Shown here in pieces: positions 1 to 16,403 of a stretch of 64,000 bases of DNA (the stretch's first letter is position 1; each line of letters opens with the position of its first letter). Both the position numbers and the translations under genes were made by a program. The notes beneath the pieces are model-generated. The model saw only the letters and a program-made list of their open reading frames with translations, ran no database searches and had not been told where the DNA came from. The DNA comes from the human T2T-CHM13v2.0 reference genome, Homo sapiens, in assembly GCF_009914755.1 (NCBI RefSeq), contig NC_060933.1; one strand, given 5' to 3'.

Positions 1-169
1 TGATCAAGGAACTGTGGACAAAGACCAATGTATATATATTATATATATGTAATATTTATATAATCATAATATCACGGACACCATCAGTTAATAGTTTCTA
101 ATGCATTAGATTCAGAACATTCCTGAGATATATTCTTTGTGTTGTTGGTTTTGTATTTTTGATATTTGG

Positions 170-2850
170 TAAGCATAGTGAGTTGAGTTACTCTTACCTA
201 CCCTATGGGGTAGATATTATTTATCTTCATGATACAAGTAATTCTCAGTTTATGGCCTGCAATCATTGGGCCACCTTTTAATATTATGTAGCTTTCTGTA
301 GATTCTTTGATATTTTCTATGTAGACAATCATGTAATCTGTGAAGACAATTTTATTTTTTTCTAGCCTTTGCCCCACCCACCCTCTCTCCCTTCTTTCAT
401 CCTTCCTTCCTTTTTTAACCTTATTGCCCTGGCTAGGGCCTCCAGTATGAAGTTGAGTAAGAATGGTGAGATCAGACATCCTTACCTTCTTCCCAATATT
501 AGAGAATGGTCTTTCACCACTTAAGTATGGTGTTAAATGTAGGGTTTTTGTAGATTCCTGCTGTCAGGTTGAGGAAGTTAACTTCTATTTTTTAGTTTGC
601 TGAGAGTTTTTATAATGAATAAATGTTCAGTTTTTGTCAAATGATTATCTTTAAATCTACCGTCTTGCTATTTTTGTCTATTTGTCCATCTGTTCTCTTT
701 TCCCTCTTTCTTTTGGATTAATCAAATATTTTTTATGATTCAATTTTTTTCCTTTTGCTGGCTTACTATAGCTCTTGGTTTTTTATTTTTTATTTTTTTA
801 GGGGTTGCTTTATGGTTCAGAGTATACATCTTTAACATCACAGTCTATTTTCAAGTAATGTTATATATTTCACTTCACATATAAGAACCTTCTAACAGTA
901 TACTTCTAGGTCCTCTCTTAGGGTCTTTTTGCTGTGGTTGCTATACATTTTACTTCTGCATACATTATCAGCCCCATTTGTTTTTGTTATTTTTGCTTTA
1001 AATTGTGTTATTTTTCAAAGAGATTGTAAAAATAAGGAAAAATATTTATATTTACATATATATCCGTATGTGCCATTTTCAGTGCTCTTCGTTCATTTGT
1101 GTAGAATCCGGTTTCTGTCAGGTATCCCCTTTCTATCAACTTGAAGTACTTTTTAAACATTCCTTCTAGCACACCTTTCTGCTGGTGATGGATTCTATCA
1201 GCTTTTTAATGTTTAAAAATATCTTTATTTTGCCTTATTTAAAAAACAACTTTCTCTGGGGATAGAATTCTAGGTTGCATTTTCTGTCATTTTCGAATAC
1301 TTCCAAGATGTTGTCCCACTGTCTTCTGGCTTGGATTGTTTCTCACAAGAAGTCTTCTGTCATTCTTATCTTTGTTTCTTCGTATTTCATGTGTCTTTTT
1401 TCTTCCCGTTTTTAAGATGTTTTTCTTTATTTATTTTAAGTAATTTTACTGTAATGTGCATTAGTATAGCTTTCTTCATTTTTCTTGTCCTTTGAGCTTC
1501 TTGGATCTATGGTTTTCTCATTTTTCTCAAATGTAGAAAATCTTTGGCGTTAAGTTTTTCAAATTATTTTTCTCTCATGGAGTCCAGTTACATGTATTTT
1601 ATGTTGTTTTCATTTGGCCCATGACTATTGATCTTGGTTAATTTATTTTCAACTTATTTTTCTCTGTGTGTTTCATTTTGGATAGTTTCTATTGCTGTGT
1701 CCTTAGGTTTACTAATCTTTTCTTCTGCATTGTCTTATCTGCTATTAATCCCATCTAGTGCATTTTTTAATTTCAGGTACTCTTTTTTTAAATTCTATTA
1801 ATTTAATATTTTAAAATATCTTATATGGCTTTTCTTCTAATGTGCTTATATTTTCTTCTACCTTCTTAAATACATGGAACATATCATAATAACTGTTTTT
1901 AATATCCTCATTTATTAATTCCATTATCCCTATCATATCTGGGTCTATTTCTGTTGATTGGTTTTTCTCATTGCAGATCATGTTATTCTGCTTTTTTGCA
2001 TGCATGGCAATTATCTTTTGGATACCAGACATTGTGAAATTTACTTTATTGGGTACTGAATATTTTTTAATTTGTTTAAATATTTTTTAGCTTTATTCTG
2101 AAACACAGTTTCGTTGGGAACAGTTTGATCCTTTTGAGTCTTTCTTTTTTTTTTTTGACAGAGTCTTGCTCTGTTGCCCAGGCTGGAGTGCAGTGACACA
2201 ATCTGGGCTCACTGCAAGCTCTGCCTCCTAGGTTCCTGCCATTCTCCTGCCTCAGCCTCCTGAGTAGCTGGGACTACAGGTGCCTGTCACCACACCCGGC
2301 TAATTTTTTTGTATTTTTAGTAGAGACGGGGTTTCACCATATTAGCCAGGATGGTCTTGATATCCTGACCTTGTGATCCGCCCGCTTCAGCCTCCCAAAG
2401 TGCTGGGATTACAGGCGTGAGCCACTGCGCCCAGCCTTGAGTCTTTCTTTTAACCTTTCTTGCTTAGGACCAGAACAGCCTTTAGTTCAGGGCTAATTTT
2501 TTCCTACAGAGAGCAATACTTTGGAGTATTCTACCTGATACTCAGTGTATTCCAAGGTTTTTCCACTCTGACTTGTGGTCACATGTACCATTTCTAGCCT
2601 TGGGTGATCTTCAGGAATTATTCTACCTGTTCTTTTTCTGACCACGGGTTGTTCCCTCACATGCATGTGTGGAGGAGTCCTTTGTTGAAGACTCAAAAGG
2701 AAAACCCTGCAGATCTCTGGAGTTCTCTCTCAGTGTATTCCTCTCCTCTCAGTGCAACTAGCCCTTCACCATGCAGCCTTCTCCTCTCTGATCCATGAAT
2801 TCTGATAGCCTTGGCATCTACACATTCTCAACTCTGTTTCCTTAGTGTTA
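170..2850 (-). mobile_element. Old L1M fragments (antisense)
   Basis: T-rich degenerate L1 ORF2/ORF1 antisense motifs (e.g. ggttgaggaag..., agtagagttgagtaag-like). Minus-strand ORF 1811..2032 resembles L1M. Confidence 0.65.
2145..2436 (-). mobile_element. AluY-like
   Basis: Full antisense Alu with AluY diagnostics (tgcaagctc, ttagccaggatgg). TSD ttgagtctttcttt. Confidence 0.9.
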
Positions 2851-3096
2851 ATTTTTCTTAAAATATCGCAACAGGTTAGTAGTGGGCAATTAATTTAAAA
2901 GTGGTTTATTTTCAAACATGAATCTCTGGCTTCCTTTCTCAAACTTTTATTACTGTTATAACACTGCCTAAAAGAGCTTTCACACTGGATCTGATGGCAT
3001 CAATTAAATTTTTCTTATAAATGAAAGTGGTTTGGTAATGGTTTTAAATTTATGTTTGGTAAATACATTTTCAATATGGTCTAATTTTTTAAAATA

Positions 3097-3405
3097 TTTT
3101 TATTTATTTATTTATTTTTTGAGAAGGAGTCTCACTCTGTTGCCCAGGCTGGAGTGCAGTGTGGCACGATCTTGGCTCACTGCAACCTCCACCTCCCAGG
3201 TTCAAGCGATCTCCTGCCTCTGCCTCACAAGTAGCTGGGATTACAGGCACCTGCCATCATGCCCAGATAATTTTTTTGTACTTTTAGTAGAGACGGGGTT
3301 TCACCATGTTGGCCAGGCTGGTCTCAAACATCTGACCTCAGGTGATCCACCTGCCCCAGCCTCCCAAAGTGCTGGGATTATGGGCATGAGCCACCGCGCC
3401 TGGCC
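3097..3405 (-). mobile_element. AluS-type
   Basis: Full antisense Alu with (TTTA)n tail. TSD ggtctaatt. Confidence 0.9.
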
Positions 3406-4403
3406 GGTCTAATTGTTTTAAGCTTAATAGTTATTGTTTAGTTCTTAGATTATGTAAAAATTTTAGGAGTATCAAAAGAAGTTTTTGCTACATCATTCTT
3501 TACCAAATTTTAAGAATGTGCAGAACAAGGAATATAAAAATGCCCTAGAAATTTTTTTTAATGCTCTACTCTTATAATGTATGTTTTCTATGCATATATG
3601 AGGGAATTTTTATGTTTCTATCCTTTCAAATTATTTCTAAGTTGATGTTTTGGGAATGTGTAAAGTATCAAAAATGTGTTTAATGTAACTATTCACATCT
3701 GCTAACATTTTAATTATTTGATTTTTTAATTTCCAATAAAAATAACATATGATATTTGGTGTTGATGTTTATATTCTATATAAATATTCTGCTATAATAT
3801 CACATATTCCTATGGTTCCTATCAAATGAAAAAATTCCCATGATTCTGTTCCTAATTCTTTTTGGATGATACTCTGAAAGCTAACAGTTGCCTTGGTAAA
3901 AATTAAAACATATATATTAAAAGTGCAGTCTCATTTTTTATTTACTCTCTAGTCTGTGGTTTCAGTGTTATTTTTTTTAAATTCAGATTTTAGTTTTCAA
4001 TACTTAACACTATCATTGACAAACGTACAATTCTTCATATACAATAAGAATATCTTATGAACACTGTTCTTTTCATTTTTTATATTATTTTACATTCTAA
4101 TTCTTTATATTTTCCATCTCCAGAGAGTTTGCAACATAGACAAAATACATACTCTTTTTCAGTAAAATAAAATAACCTGCTTAGTGGGGTTTTTTTGGTT
4201 TATTTTATAATTTCCGTAATTTTGTATGCAGCATTCTTAATAATTTCCTACTTGTATGTGTTTGGAAAGTTAATTACCACTACTAAATCACTCTCTTCTC
4301 TAGATAGTATGTTTAAGTTTGGGTGGGTGAGTGGGGATTTTTGTGGTAATGGGAAATAACCCTTTAGTGATGAAAAATTTAATACCTCCCTTCTTTTATA
4401 TAG

Positions 4404-4469
4404 TATCAAAGGTGCAGAATCTGGGACAAGTTGCATGAAGAGCATATCAATGCAGGACGTACAGTTCAG
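4404..4469 (+). CDS. STX17: Syntaxin-17 coding exon 3 (YQRCRIWDKLHEEHINAGRTVQ, N-terminal Habc region)
   Basis: ttcttttatatag acceptor, 66 nt phase 0-0, CAG|gtaagg donor. Peptide matches recalled human STX17 residues 42-63 and joins in frame to the next exon. Confidence 0.96.
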
Positions 4470-5445
4470 GTAAGGCTATTATATTTTTTCTGCTAAATCA
4501 GTATGAAAAAGACAGTCTTAAGACAATTTTGCTAAAATATTACCTTTGCAGCTGAACCCTTTTATACACATTTGTTACTATTTACTTGAGGATACATTTT
4601 TAGCAGAAATTGCTGAATCACATGCCATACATATTTTCAAAGTTTTGTTTTGTTACCAAATTTTCCTCCAGAAATGATACACAGACTTATACTCTCACAA
4701 GCAATACATTTTGTAAAATCCTTTAACATTGGTATTACCCATTTCTTAAATTTTTGCTAATTGATAGGTTAAAATTGTGCCACTTCGTTATTCTAATCTG
4801 GATTTGTAAATACTTTGAAGGGTGAACTTTTTTTCACATTGCCTGGGCAGTAATTTTTTTTTTTTTTGTTAATTGCCTGTTAATATATTTGTATATCTTA
4901 TATTATGTTGATGTCTTTTGTGAGAGCTCCTTATAATTTGAAAGATACTGATCTTCTGTCTACAATTAGTATTGCAAATATTCTTTGCTAGTTATTTGCT
5001 TTTTAAAAATACATTTTAATTATTTTAACATAATTTTTAAAAATAATATATTTACATGGCTTTAAAAGCCAAATACAAATAGAGGGCTTATAATATCCTA
5101 TATTCTCCACCTACAAGTCCTCCTACTTGGAAGAAACCATTCTTAATCCTTTTGGCCTTTCTCCCTGAAATTTACCTATATTACTAAATAATGTGTAGAC
5201 TGATATTTCTTGATTAATCAGGTTTAGATTTTTTTTTTCTTATGGTAGGTGGAGCTCTAGGTTCCTACCTTGCTCTCCTACTTCCCTTCCCCCATATAAT
5301 TACATATATTACAATTTTTGGTTAAATTAATATAATATAAACTCATTATATTGATTATGGAGATATTGTTTTCTGCTGAGTCAAATAGTGAAATACAGTA
5401 CTAACTTTTACTTTTTAAAAAGTTAATAATTACCTCATTTTTTAG

Positions 5446-6192
<747 letters not shown>

Positions 6193-6587
6193 TTTCCATT
6201 CTTTATTTTAAAGATGTTCTTCTGAACTCTTCTTCCCCTACTTCCTATGTGAACTTTCTAGGCTTGTTGTGCAGCTCCTGTTCTGGGACTTTCCTTAGCT
6301 GCTTTTCTGTGTTTACATCTCTATTTTCCTAGGTATTATGCCTTCCTCATTTTTGCTTTATTCTGTTGTTTTATTGGAGTAATCTTGCAGTAGCCCTCTA
6401 ATTAAGGGTACCTTGGAGATAAATATAAGTAATTGTATTTCTAAAAAATGCCTTTATTCTCTCCTGACATGTGATTGCTAGTTTCACTAGATATAGAATT
6501 CTAGTTGGAATTCTCTTTCAATATTGAAGGCTTTCTATCTTCTTTGTGTTATACTTTAAAAAGCTAGTATCATATAATTTCCCAGTC

Positions 6588-6904
6588 TTTTGTTTTGTTT
6601 TGTTTTGTTTTTCGTTTTTTGAGATGGAGTCTCGCTCTTTCGCCCAGGCTGGAGTGCAGTGAGTGATGCAATCTTGGCTCACTGCAATCTCCACCTCCCG
6701 GTTTCAAGCGATTCTCCTGCCTCAGCCTCCTGAGTAGCTGGGACTACAGATGCGTGCCACCATGCCCAGCTAATTTTTGTATTTTTAGTAGAAACGGGGT
6801 TTCACCATGTTGGCCAGAATGGTCTCAATCTCTTGACCTTGTGATCTGCCCACCTCAGCCTTCCAAAGTGCTGGGATTACAGGCGTGAGCTACTGCGCCC
6901 AGCT
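6588..6904 (-). mobile_element. AluS-type
   Basis: Antisense Alu with (TTTTG)n tail. Confidence 0.9.
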
Positions 6905-7142
6905 GATTTTCCAGTCTTTGTACAGGACCTGGTTTTGTTTTTTTGTTTTTTCCCTCTTTGGGAGCTTTTGTGATTAGTTCATCCCTGGTATTCTGAAATT
7001 TGATGATGATGTCATTGTGTTGGACTGTTTCTTTCTAAAAATTCATGTGCTTTAGTTCTGGGTAATTTTCTTAGATTTTTCTTTGGTCATTTATTCTTCT
7101 GTGTTTTCTCATTTTGCTCTTTTTTTTTTTTTCTTTAATTCT

Positions 7143-7326
7143 AAAGGTCCGCAAACTGATTCAGAGGCTATGTCTGGCCTCTGTCTATCCCATTTGCTTA
7201 CACATTTCTTTGGCTGCTTTCACACGGTAACAGCAGAGTTAAGTAGTTGCAACAGAGACTGTATGGCCTACAAAGCTTGAGCTATTTACTGTCTGGTTCT
7301 TTGTAGAAAAAATTTGGCAGTCCCTG
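7143..7326. mobile_element. MER58-like hAT-Charlie MITE
   Basis: gcagagttaagtagttgcaacagagactgtatggcctacaaagc...tatttactgtctgg matches the recalled MER58 consensus. Confidence 0.7.
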
Positions 7327-8539
7327 TTCTATTGGATGTTGGAACTCTTGGGTTGCTTGTCTGATTTTCGCTCTGTTTTCTAAAAGATTTCCTCAGGTTT
7401 CTCTTTACCTTTTTTCTTTGAATTCTTTTTTTCTGCTATTATGATATTTAGTTTACAAGAGCTTTTTCTTGTTCTCTTTTCCTTTCTTGATAGCATTTTG
7501 TCTATGGGTGTAATAGGTTTTTTTGTTTGTTTTTCTGAAATATTAAAAAGTAGATTGCTTGTCTTCTGGTGGACTTCACTTAAGGATGCTTGGGCAAGCT
7601 GGCGTTTTCCTTAGGGATACCTCCAAATATCAGTATCTGGAGGTTGTTCTTATTTAGTTTTCTGAAGAAGAATTCTCATTTTCCCCCTACGGCAGGTAGG
7701 TGCTTATCTTACAAAGTTATAGAGGCAGATTAGATAAAGACTTCTGGGCTTTATTCAGTACAGGCTTTTTAGCCCTGTACCTGGTGTTTCTGAATCTAGA
7801 GTCAGTTGCTCCAAAGAATACATCTGTGGTCCTCTTGAATTCAGAAAGGTTATTATAGCTGCAGTATAGTGATTAAATTGTGATAGAATGAAATGAATTC
7901 AAGAGATCATTAGGAAGGGTTACAGAGGTCCAAGAAAAAGATGTTAGTAGCTTAGAGATAATGGAGATGAAGGAAAACAGATTGATTTGAGATTTAGATG
8001 GAAATTTGACTTATCTCTCTATGCTGTATTTACTGCTTGCTAATTAGATGATAGGTCTAACAAGCAGAGACTATGTCTCCACTATTTGTATATTCTGCAG
8101 CACCTGGTGCCCAGCAAGATTTGGTGTCTATTGAATGGTACTCAGCATGTTAATGATTTAATGAGATTATTATGACTTAGATTTCTTACAATCTTCACTG
8201 TTTAATCTATCATTTAAAAATCACATGATTTGGTTGAGACATTGGCTATGATCAAAGTATTTGTTTACTGATTTTTAAAATTTGCGTATATATTTACCGT
8301 ATTGACCTCCATCTGGCATAAAAGATTTATGGGTGCCATTAGAGTAGTAAGATTGAAGCTATTGTTAGATGTAGGTATTTGGTGAGTTTTACTCATATCT
8401 GCTCTGAATTTTGTGTATAGATTTCTACTTTGCTAGTTAGTGTAAAAGTTATTTTGGGACAAATAACCTCATCAACAATTATAACAGATTTTCTAGATTT
8501 ATCATCATTAGATTTACGTAGTAAGAGCTATATTGTCAC

Positions 8540-9235
8540 ATTCATTATGGTATCTTGATAAAAATAAGTTCTTAATTTAAATGTAGTTTAAATTATCAAT
8601 CTTTTATGGTTCCTACTTTGGCGGCTTGTTCAAGAAATCCTCTCTTGGAGGATTCAAGAAGATATTTCTTTATATATTTAACTGAGTGTTTTAAATATTT
8701 TGCTTTTAACATTCAAGTCTTTAATCCATCTGGAATTGGTGGTATGAGGTAGACATCAATAAAATTTTATTTTATTCCATCTTGCAAATCACTTGTGTGT
8801 TACACTATTATCTGATTTCTGTGGTGCTACTTCTGAAGCACATTGTAATTCCAAAGATGCATGTAACTCCATATGTCTCTGATCTTTATATTCTATTCCA
8901 TTTGTCAGTCTATTTCTGCACCAAATTCCACACACTGTCTTAATTATGACAGTTTTAAGATAAAGCTTGATATCTGATTGTACAATACTTCCACAGTATC
9001 CTTCCTTTTCAGGAGTGTTTTGGCTATACTTGGCTCTTTAGTCCTCCATATGAAATTCAGAATCAGCTTTTCAAAGTCCATACACAGTCTTGTTGGGAAG
9101 TTGGGAGTTGCATTGGTAGAGAAAATTGACATCTTTACAATATCTAGTTTTCCTGCCTGTGAATATGGGATATTCTTGCATTTGTATTTATCTTCTTTAA
9201 TATTTGGGGATCTTTATAGTTTTTTGCGTACAGGT
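8540..9235 (-). mobile_element. Old L1M ORF2 fragment
   Basis: Minus-strand ORF 8944..9132 (KLILNFIWRTKEPSIAKTLLK) is L1 ORF2-like. Confidence 0.75.
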
Positions 9236-9362
9236 TGTGGTACATTGTACTTTCTAAAGATACCCACAAAAATATCCCCCATCCCACATGGCCTTCTACA
9301 TTATGACCTTGCTACTCCCCCACCAATAGGTGGAGTCTAATTTCCCTTCTCTTGAATCTGGG
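9236..9362 (+). mobile_element. MLT1-type (MaLR) LTR 5' fragment
   Basis: tgtgg...cccatcccacatg...ggtggagtctaatttcccttctcttgaatctggg. Confidence 0.6.
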
Positions 9363-10673
9363 CAGAAGTAAAGCTGCTTATTTGTTGACTTGCTAGTTTA
9401 ATTTAAAACACATTGTAATTGCATTATTTTCCCCATTTTTGTCACTTACCATACAAAAGTATAAAAGGAATATTTTACAAAGCTTCATCTTCCTCAGCTC
9501 TTCTTCCCAAATACTTAATATTTAGTAACAATACTAATTGATAATAGAGGATTCTGAAAAGTACATCACAGTTTCTACCTTGAAGGAACTTACATAGACA
9601 GGAATTCACAAAAAGTTAAATTAAGTATTTAAACAATAGTTTAAAACCTTAGTAAAAGTTAATGTAAGTCAGAATATGATTAATTGACAATTGCATTATA
9701 GAGACCAATAAATGATATAGTACCTGCTATCTGGATGCTGGATAAGGGGGTATTATCCTCATTTTTCAGATACCAGAAAGCTGAAGAGATTTAGTGTTTG
9801 TCTAAGAAGTAGTAGGAAACCAGTTTATCTGGCATAGTGTCAGTGCTCTTAGTTGGCACTTCATAAGAATCTTTAATGAGAACCCATTCCAGTGTTGTAT
9901 TCTAGTGTTTTTAGTTTAATCTGGAAACATTTTGAATAATAATTCAGGTGGATAGGGATTCGAGTGCTACACTTAATACCTGTATAAGATGCTCATTAGA
10001 TATTTGTTAAATAAATGGAGACCTTTTTCTCTATTGATTTTTACTCTTTTTGGTGGCTTAGTTAATACTTGTTAAGCTATATATATTCTTTCTGGTGACT
10101 TTTGATGTTGAAATAAGTGAGAAGTCATTATATTAGTATCAGTGCCTTAAGTATAGTAGTTAGGTAATGAAAGAATAGTCCAGATTTATTTTAATTAAAT
10201 AGCTATGACTCTGGAGCCCTTAGCAATAAATTATATGCTGTCTAGAATGTGTTTACTCTAAGTTATTTAAATGTTTACCAGTGGACTTCTGCTCTGTGTT
10301 TGTAAAGAAATCAGATTAATTATTATGATACCAAATGTTTTCTGCTGTACACAATTTGTTCTCAAAATTACATGTTGTAAAAACACATTAAGAATCCTTA
10401 AATCAATATTTTAAAAATGCAAATATATGCATAGCCACTCTTAATCATTAAATACATAATTAGCCATTTTTCAGAATTTTCAATTAACTTAAAATAATTA
10501 CTTTTTACAATTATCAGTATAGATAAGTATATATTTGAATTTTTTTTAATCTTTAGACAGAAGTTTTGGGACATTACTGAAAGAAGGAAAAAAGCCATAA
10601 GTACTTATAACATTTAGTTATAAAACCAAAGAGAACAAAAGAGAGAAGTTGTTTTTAATTTATTAAAAGTGTA

Positions 10674-10990
<317 letters not shown>

Positions 10991-11149
10991 TTACAGTTTA
11001 CTATCTGTACACTGCAAAGCTTGTTAAGTTGATATATGTTCTTTTTTAAAAACTTATGTCAGTGATTATAGACCCCTTGATTAACTGCTGGATATTTCTG
11101 AAAATTTTCAGAATTTGGTACAATACCTGCTTTTCTGACCTGATTATTA

Positions 11150-11650
11150 GAAAAGCAGAAGCATTTGAACATTTGCTGTGTTCTAGATACTCTTCTAGAC
11201 ACTGGGCATACATCTGTGGCGGTGGCAAGTGGAGAGAGCAGAGAGAGATTTTTTTAAAGTAAACAAACATGTAATATGTTAGATGATTATAAGTGCCATG
11301 AAGAAAAGTAAAGCAGGTTAAAGGCAACAAAGAATCACAGAAGGTGTTGAGTGTTCTTTTAAATAAATGGTGTTTGTGGAAGGCTTCTGATGACATTTGA
11401 GCAGAGATCTAAAGGAAGTGAAGGCATAAACCATGGGGAATAGAATTTTCCAGGCAGAGGGACGACTCTGAGGTGAGAGGATGTGGCATAGTCAAGAAAT
11501 AGTAAGGAACAGTAAGGAGGTCAGTGTGGCTAGTGTGAGCAAGGAGAGTACAGGAGATGAAGTCAAAGAGATCAGAGGGTCAGATCATGGAGAGCCTTGC
11601 AGGATATGGTAACTTAGAGTTAGTAGGCAGCTTTTGGAAGGCTCTGAGCT
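11150..11650 (-). mobile_element. L2 fragment
   Basis: Typical L2 3' motifs (gaaggcttctgatgacatttgagcagagatctaaaggaagtga, cagatcatggagagccttg). Confidence 0.65.
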
Positions 11651-11659
11651 TCTTCCACT

Positions 11660-13900
11660 CTGCATAAATACTTTGAAATTCATTTATGTTGTAATGTCTG
11701 TCAGTGTTTAATTCCTTTTTATTATTGAATAGTATTCTATTGTATGGCTATACCACTATACCACTGTTTGGCTATTACTAATAAAGCTGCTATGAACATT
11801 TGGGTACAGGTATTTGTGTGGACAAAGGATTTCATTTATTGTGGGTAAATAGTTAGGAGTGGAATGGCTGGAACATATAGTAGTTGTTTTTTAGGAAACT
11901 GCCAAGTTGTTTTCCAAAATGATTGTATCGTTTTATATTCCCACCAGTTCCTCCATTGTCCTTGCAAACAGTTGATATAGTCAGCCTTTTAAATTTTCAC
12001 CCTTCTAATTAAGTCTGTAATGGTATCTCATGAGTTTAACCTTCATTTGCTTAATGATTAATGATGTTTCTGTTTTCTTTTGAATTTTGAATTTTAATAA
12101 ATTAAAAACAACTTCTCTTGTTCTCTTTGATTTTATAACTAAATGTTATAACTGCTTATGGCTTTTTTCCTTCTTTCATGAATTTTTTATTCCATTTTAT
12201 CTCCTTGCCTTGCTAGCTAATACCTCTTTTAGTGGTTCCTTTAGGGTCTTTAGTGTACATCTTATCACAGTTTATTTGCAAGTGGTATTATTCTATTTCA
12301 CATATGTTTAAGAAACTTAACAATACACCTATATTTCTCCTCTACCAGCCTATATGCTGTTGTTCTCATATATTTAACTTTTATACATCATATACTTCAT
12401 AATATTTAAATAGGCATTTATTTTTTAAGTGATTTAGATATTAAAGAAAAAAATCTTATATATGTACTGGTGTCATTTCCATTTTTAGTGTGCTTAATGC
12501 CCTTATGTAGATCCATATTTCCATCTGGTGTGGTTTTCCTTTTGCTGGAAAGATTTCCTTTAACATTTCTGGGAGTGTGATTCTGCTGTGACGAATACTT
12601 TGAGTTTTTGTATATCTGAAAAGTTTTTATTTCGCCATTGTTTTTAAAAGAAATTTTGCTGTATATACATTGACTTTTTTCTTTCAGTACTTTAAAGATG
12701 TTCAGCTGTCTTCTCACTTGCATTGTTTCTGATGAGAAATCTGCTTAATTCTTATCATTGTTCCTTTGTATGTAATGTGTCTCATTTCTCTCGCTTCTTT
12801 TATGATTTTCCTTTAATCTCTGGTTTTGGGCACTTTGATTATGATAGGCTTTGGTGGCATTTTCTTCCTGTCTTGTGCTTTGAATTTATTGAGCTTCTTG
12901 GACCTCTGGACTTATCGTTTGCATCAAATATGGGCACTTTTTGGCCATTATTCATATATTTTTCTGTCCCCTCCCTTCTCTTCTCCTTCAAGGGCTCCAA
13001 TTACACATATGTTAGGTTGCTTAAAGTTATGTGATAGCTCACTGATGCTCTTTTAATTCTTTTTGATTGTTTTATCTGTGTGTTTTATTTTGGATAGTGT
13101 CTATTGCCATGCCTTTATGTTTATTAGTCTTAACAGCAGTGTCTAGTCTGCCATTAATCTATTCAATGTATTCTTTATCTCACTCACATATTGTAGTTTT
13201 CCCCTCCAGAATTTTGATTTGAGTCTTTTTTGTATCTTCTGTGTCTCTAATTAACTTTTTGAACACATGAAATACAATTGTAATAGCTATTTTTATATCT
13301 TTTTCTACTAATGCTTATATCTATGGCAATTCTAGGTCAATTTCAGTTCAGTGATTATTTTCTTCATTATGGGTGATGTTTTCTTGTTTCTTTGTGTCTA
13401 GTGATATTTGATTGGGTCTCTTTTACTTTGGTAGGTGCTGGATATTTTTATGTTTTATACATCTTATGTTTATATAAAACAATGAGCTTTGTTCTGGAAT
13501 GTAGTTAAGTTGCTTGGAAACTGATCCTTTAGGGTCTTACTCTTATGATTCATTAGGCTTAACTATAGCGCTGCTCAGTCTGTGGCTAATTATTTCTCAT
13601 CATGGGGGCAAAACCTTTTTGAGTGCACTACTCAATGCCCTGTGAATTAAGAGTTTTCCCATTTTGGCTGGTGGCAACAGGCAGTGTCTCCAGTGTTGAG
13701 TGAGTGCTGGGTACTGTTCTCTCTAACTTTTTCAGGTGGTTTCCTCGCCAGCTTTGGGTAATTTCCTCACATACATGTTCTGATCAGTTCTTTGCTGAAT
13801 TCTGGTATTTAGTGACCTCTAAATACCGATGTATCACTGATCCCTCTGCATATTTCCAGGGCTCTCTCTCCCTGTGCTGCACTCTCCTCTCCAGGGCTCT
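11660..13900 (-). mobile_element. Old L1M fragments (3' end and ORF1/5' region)
   Basis: gctgctatgaacatt...ggaatggctgg motif. Minus-strand ORF 12418..12723 is L1 ORF1-like (NIFKVLKEK...KISFKNNGEIKTF). Confidence 0.7.
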
Positions 13901-14085
13901 GTTAAATGAACAGTGCTCACCTTGGACAGAACCAGAAGTCATCTATTATTGTTTTGAAACTGCAAATATAGTATACTTAACAATTTTCTTTTCTACGATA
14001 AGAAAACATTAGGATTAAGAAACATTTTGTGATCAAAATTTGAAACTAAATGAGAGTTGGAAATTGTTACTACTATAATAATTCA

Positions 14086-14531
<446 letters not shown>

Positions 14532-15749
14532 TCACAGATTTCTGGGATCCACATTAGAGATTCTGATTCAGTAGATCTCAGACCACATTTGGAAAGATAC
14601 GGCTTTGGAGAAGCTATCCCAGTTCCGTAAGCACACAGATGCACAAAAATAAAATCAGCCATGGAATTTGTAGATGTGAGATGTGACTTTCATGATTTTA
14701 CTAGGAAAAACATAGAACACTTGAGCTATCTACTTTTTAATTTTTAAAAAGGGGGATGATTTAAAAGGGAGAAACAATAGAAAAGAGAGGGAATGAGGAG
14801 GAGAGTGGAGAAGCAAATATAGTAGACTGGTTAGGAGAAAAGAAACGATTAAGGAGAAGCAAAACCAGATAGAGAATGGAAAAGAAGATACAAGAGTGGA
14901 TTCCAAAATGAATGCTATTAGGATATAACTTGTTTTAGTTTATTGTGAGTTAAATTTTGCCTTAAAGTTCTTATGAGCTGATTAATCAGGATTTAGGATC
15001 CTTGACCTCTACTCTGATTGGCATAGGTTCTACAGAATCTCAGGGAGGAAATTAAATCTAAAACATCGTCAGTTGTAAGACACACTATTATTTTGTATAC
15101 CTCTAAGAAAGAAAAAAGTACTGCCAGTTAACTATGCACAATGCTTTTTACCATTTATTTTAAGATACTTTCCAATTTTAGAGATGTTAAAATGTGGACA
15201 AGATACTGTGTTTTAAAATTGATGAAATACAGTATTTAGAAGGCTTCTACCCTACCTCAGTCTTTTCCCAATCTGTTCTTCCTATTTAGTGTGTTCTATT
15301 TTCCCAGTATTATTTTTCAGAGACAGCACAAGTCTCCCCTCCTTCATGAAGCCTACCTAGATCCTTACTATGTTTCAGATTTCCTTTGAGCATGTTTCTT
15401 CCACCCCTTTCATTTTGAATATTTCCCCTTAATAGAGAATCAAAAGCAAAATAGGAGTTACATAGTTCTGCTCTCTCTGCATCATCTGCCAACACTGCAC
15501 CATCTGCCCCAAGCAGTGGGCCTGAACTTTCTTTCTTGTTCTTACTCTACATGTATTTTTTAAGTCCTTTTTATTGTTCTTAACATTTTTTCATCAGCCT
15601 CCGCTCATTCTGGGCTCTAACTTTACTTACAAGATTCTCTTTGTTTTACAAGTCTCTTAAAATTCTGAACTTATCATAGCACACCTTACACAACAACCAT
15701 ATTGGATTCTTTAGATGCCACTTTCTTTTCTTTCTTATCAGATTAACTT

Positions 15750-16038
<289 letters not shown>

Positions 16039-16092
16039 GTTAATTGTTTTTATAGTGTCAGATTAACTTGTTTGTATAGTGTAGAATTTTAC

Positions 16093-16403
16093 TTTTTTTT
16101 TTTTTTTTTTTTGAGATGGAGTCCCACTCTGTCACCCAGGCTGGAGTGCAGTGGCGTGATCTCAGATCTCAGCTCACTGCAACCTCCACCCCCCGGCTTC
16201 AAGCAATTCCCCTGCCTCAGCCTCCCAAGTAGCTAGGATTACAGGCGCACACCACCATGCCCAGCTAATTTTCTTGTATTTTTAGTAGAGACGGGGTTTC
16301 TTCATGTTGTCCAGACTGGTCTCAAACTCCTGACCTCAGGCAGTCCGCCTGACTCAGCCTCCCAAAGTGCCGGGATTACAGGCGTGAGCCACCGCACCCG
16401 GCC
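16093..16403 (-). mobile_element. AluS-type
   Basis: Antisense Alu. TSD tagaattttacttttt (16082 / 16404). Confidence 0.9.
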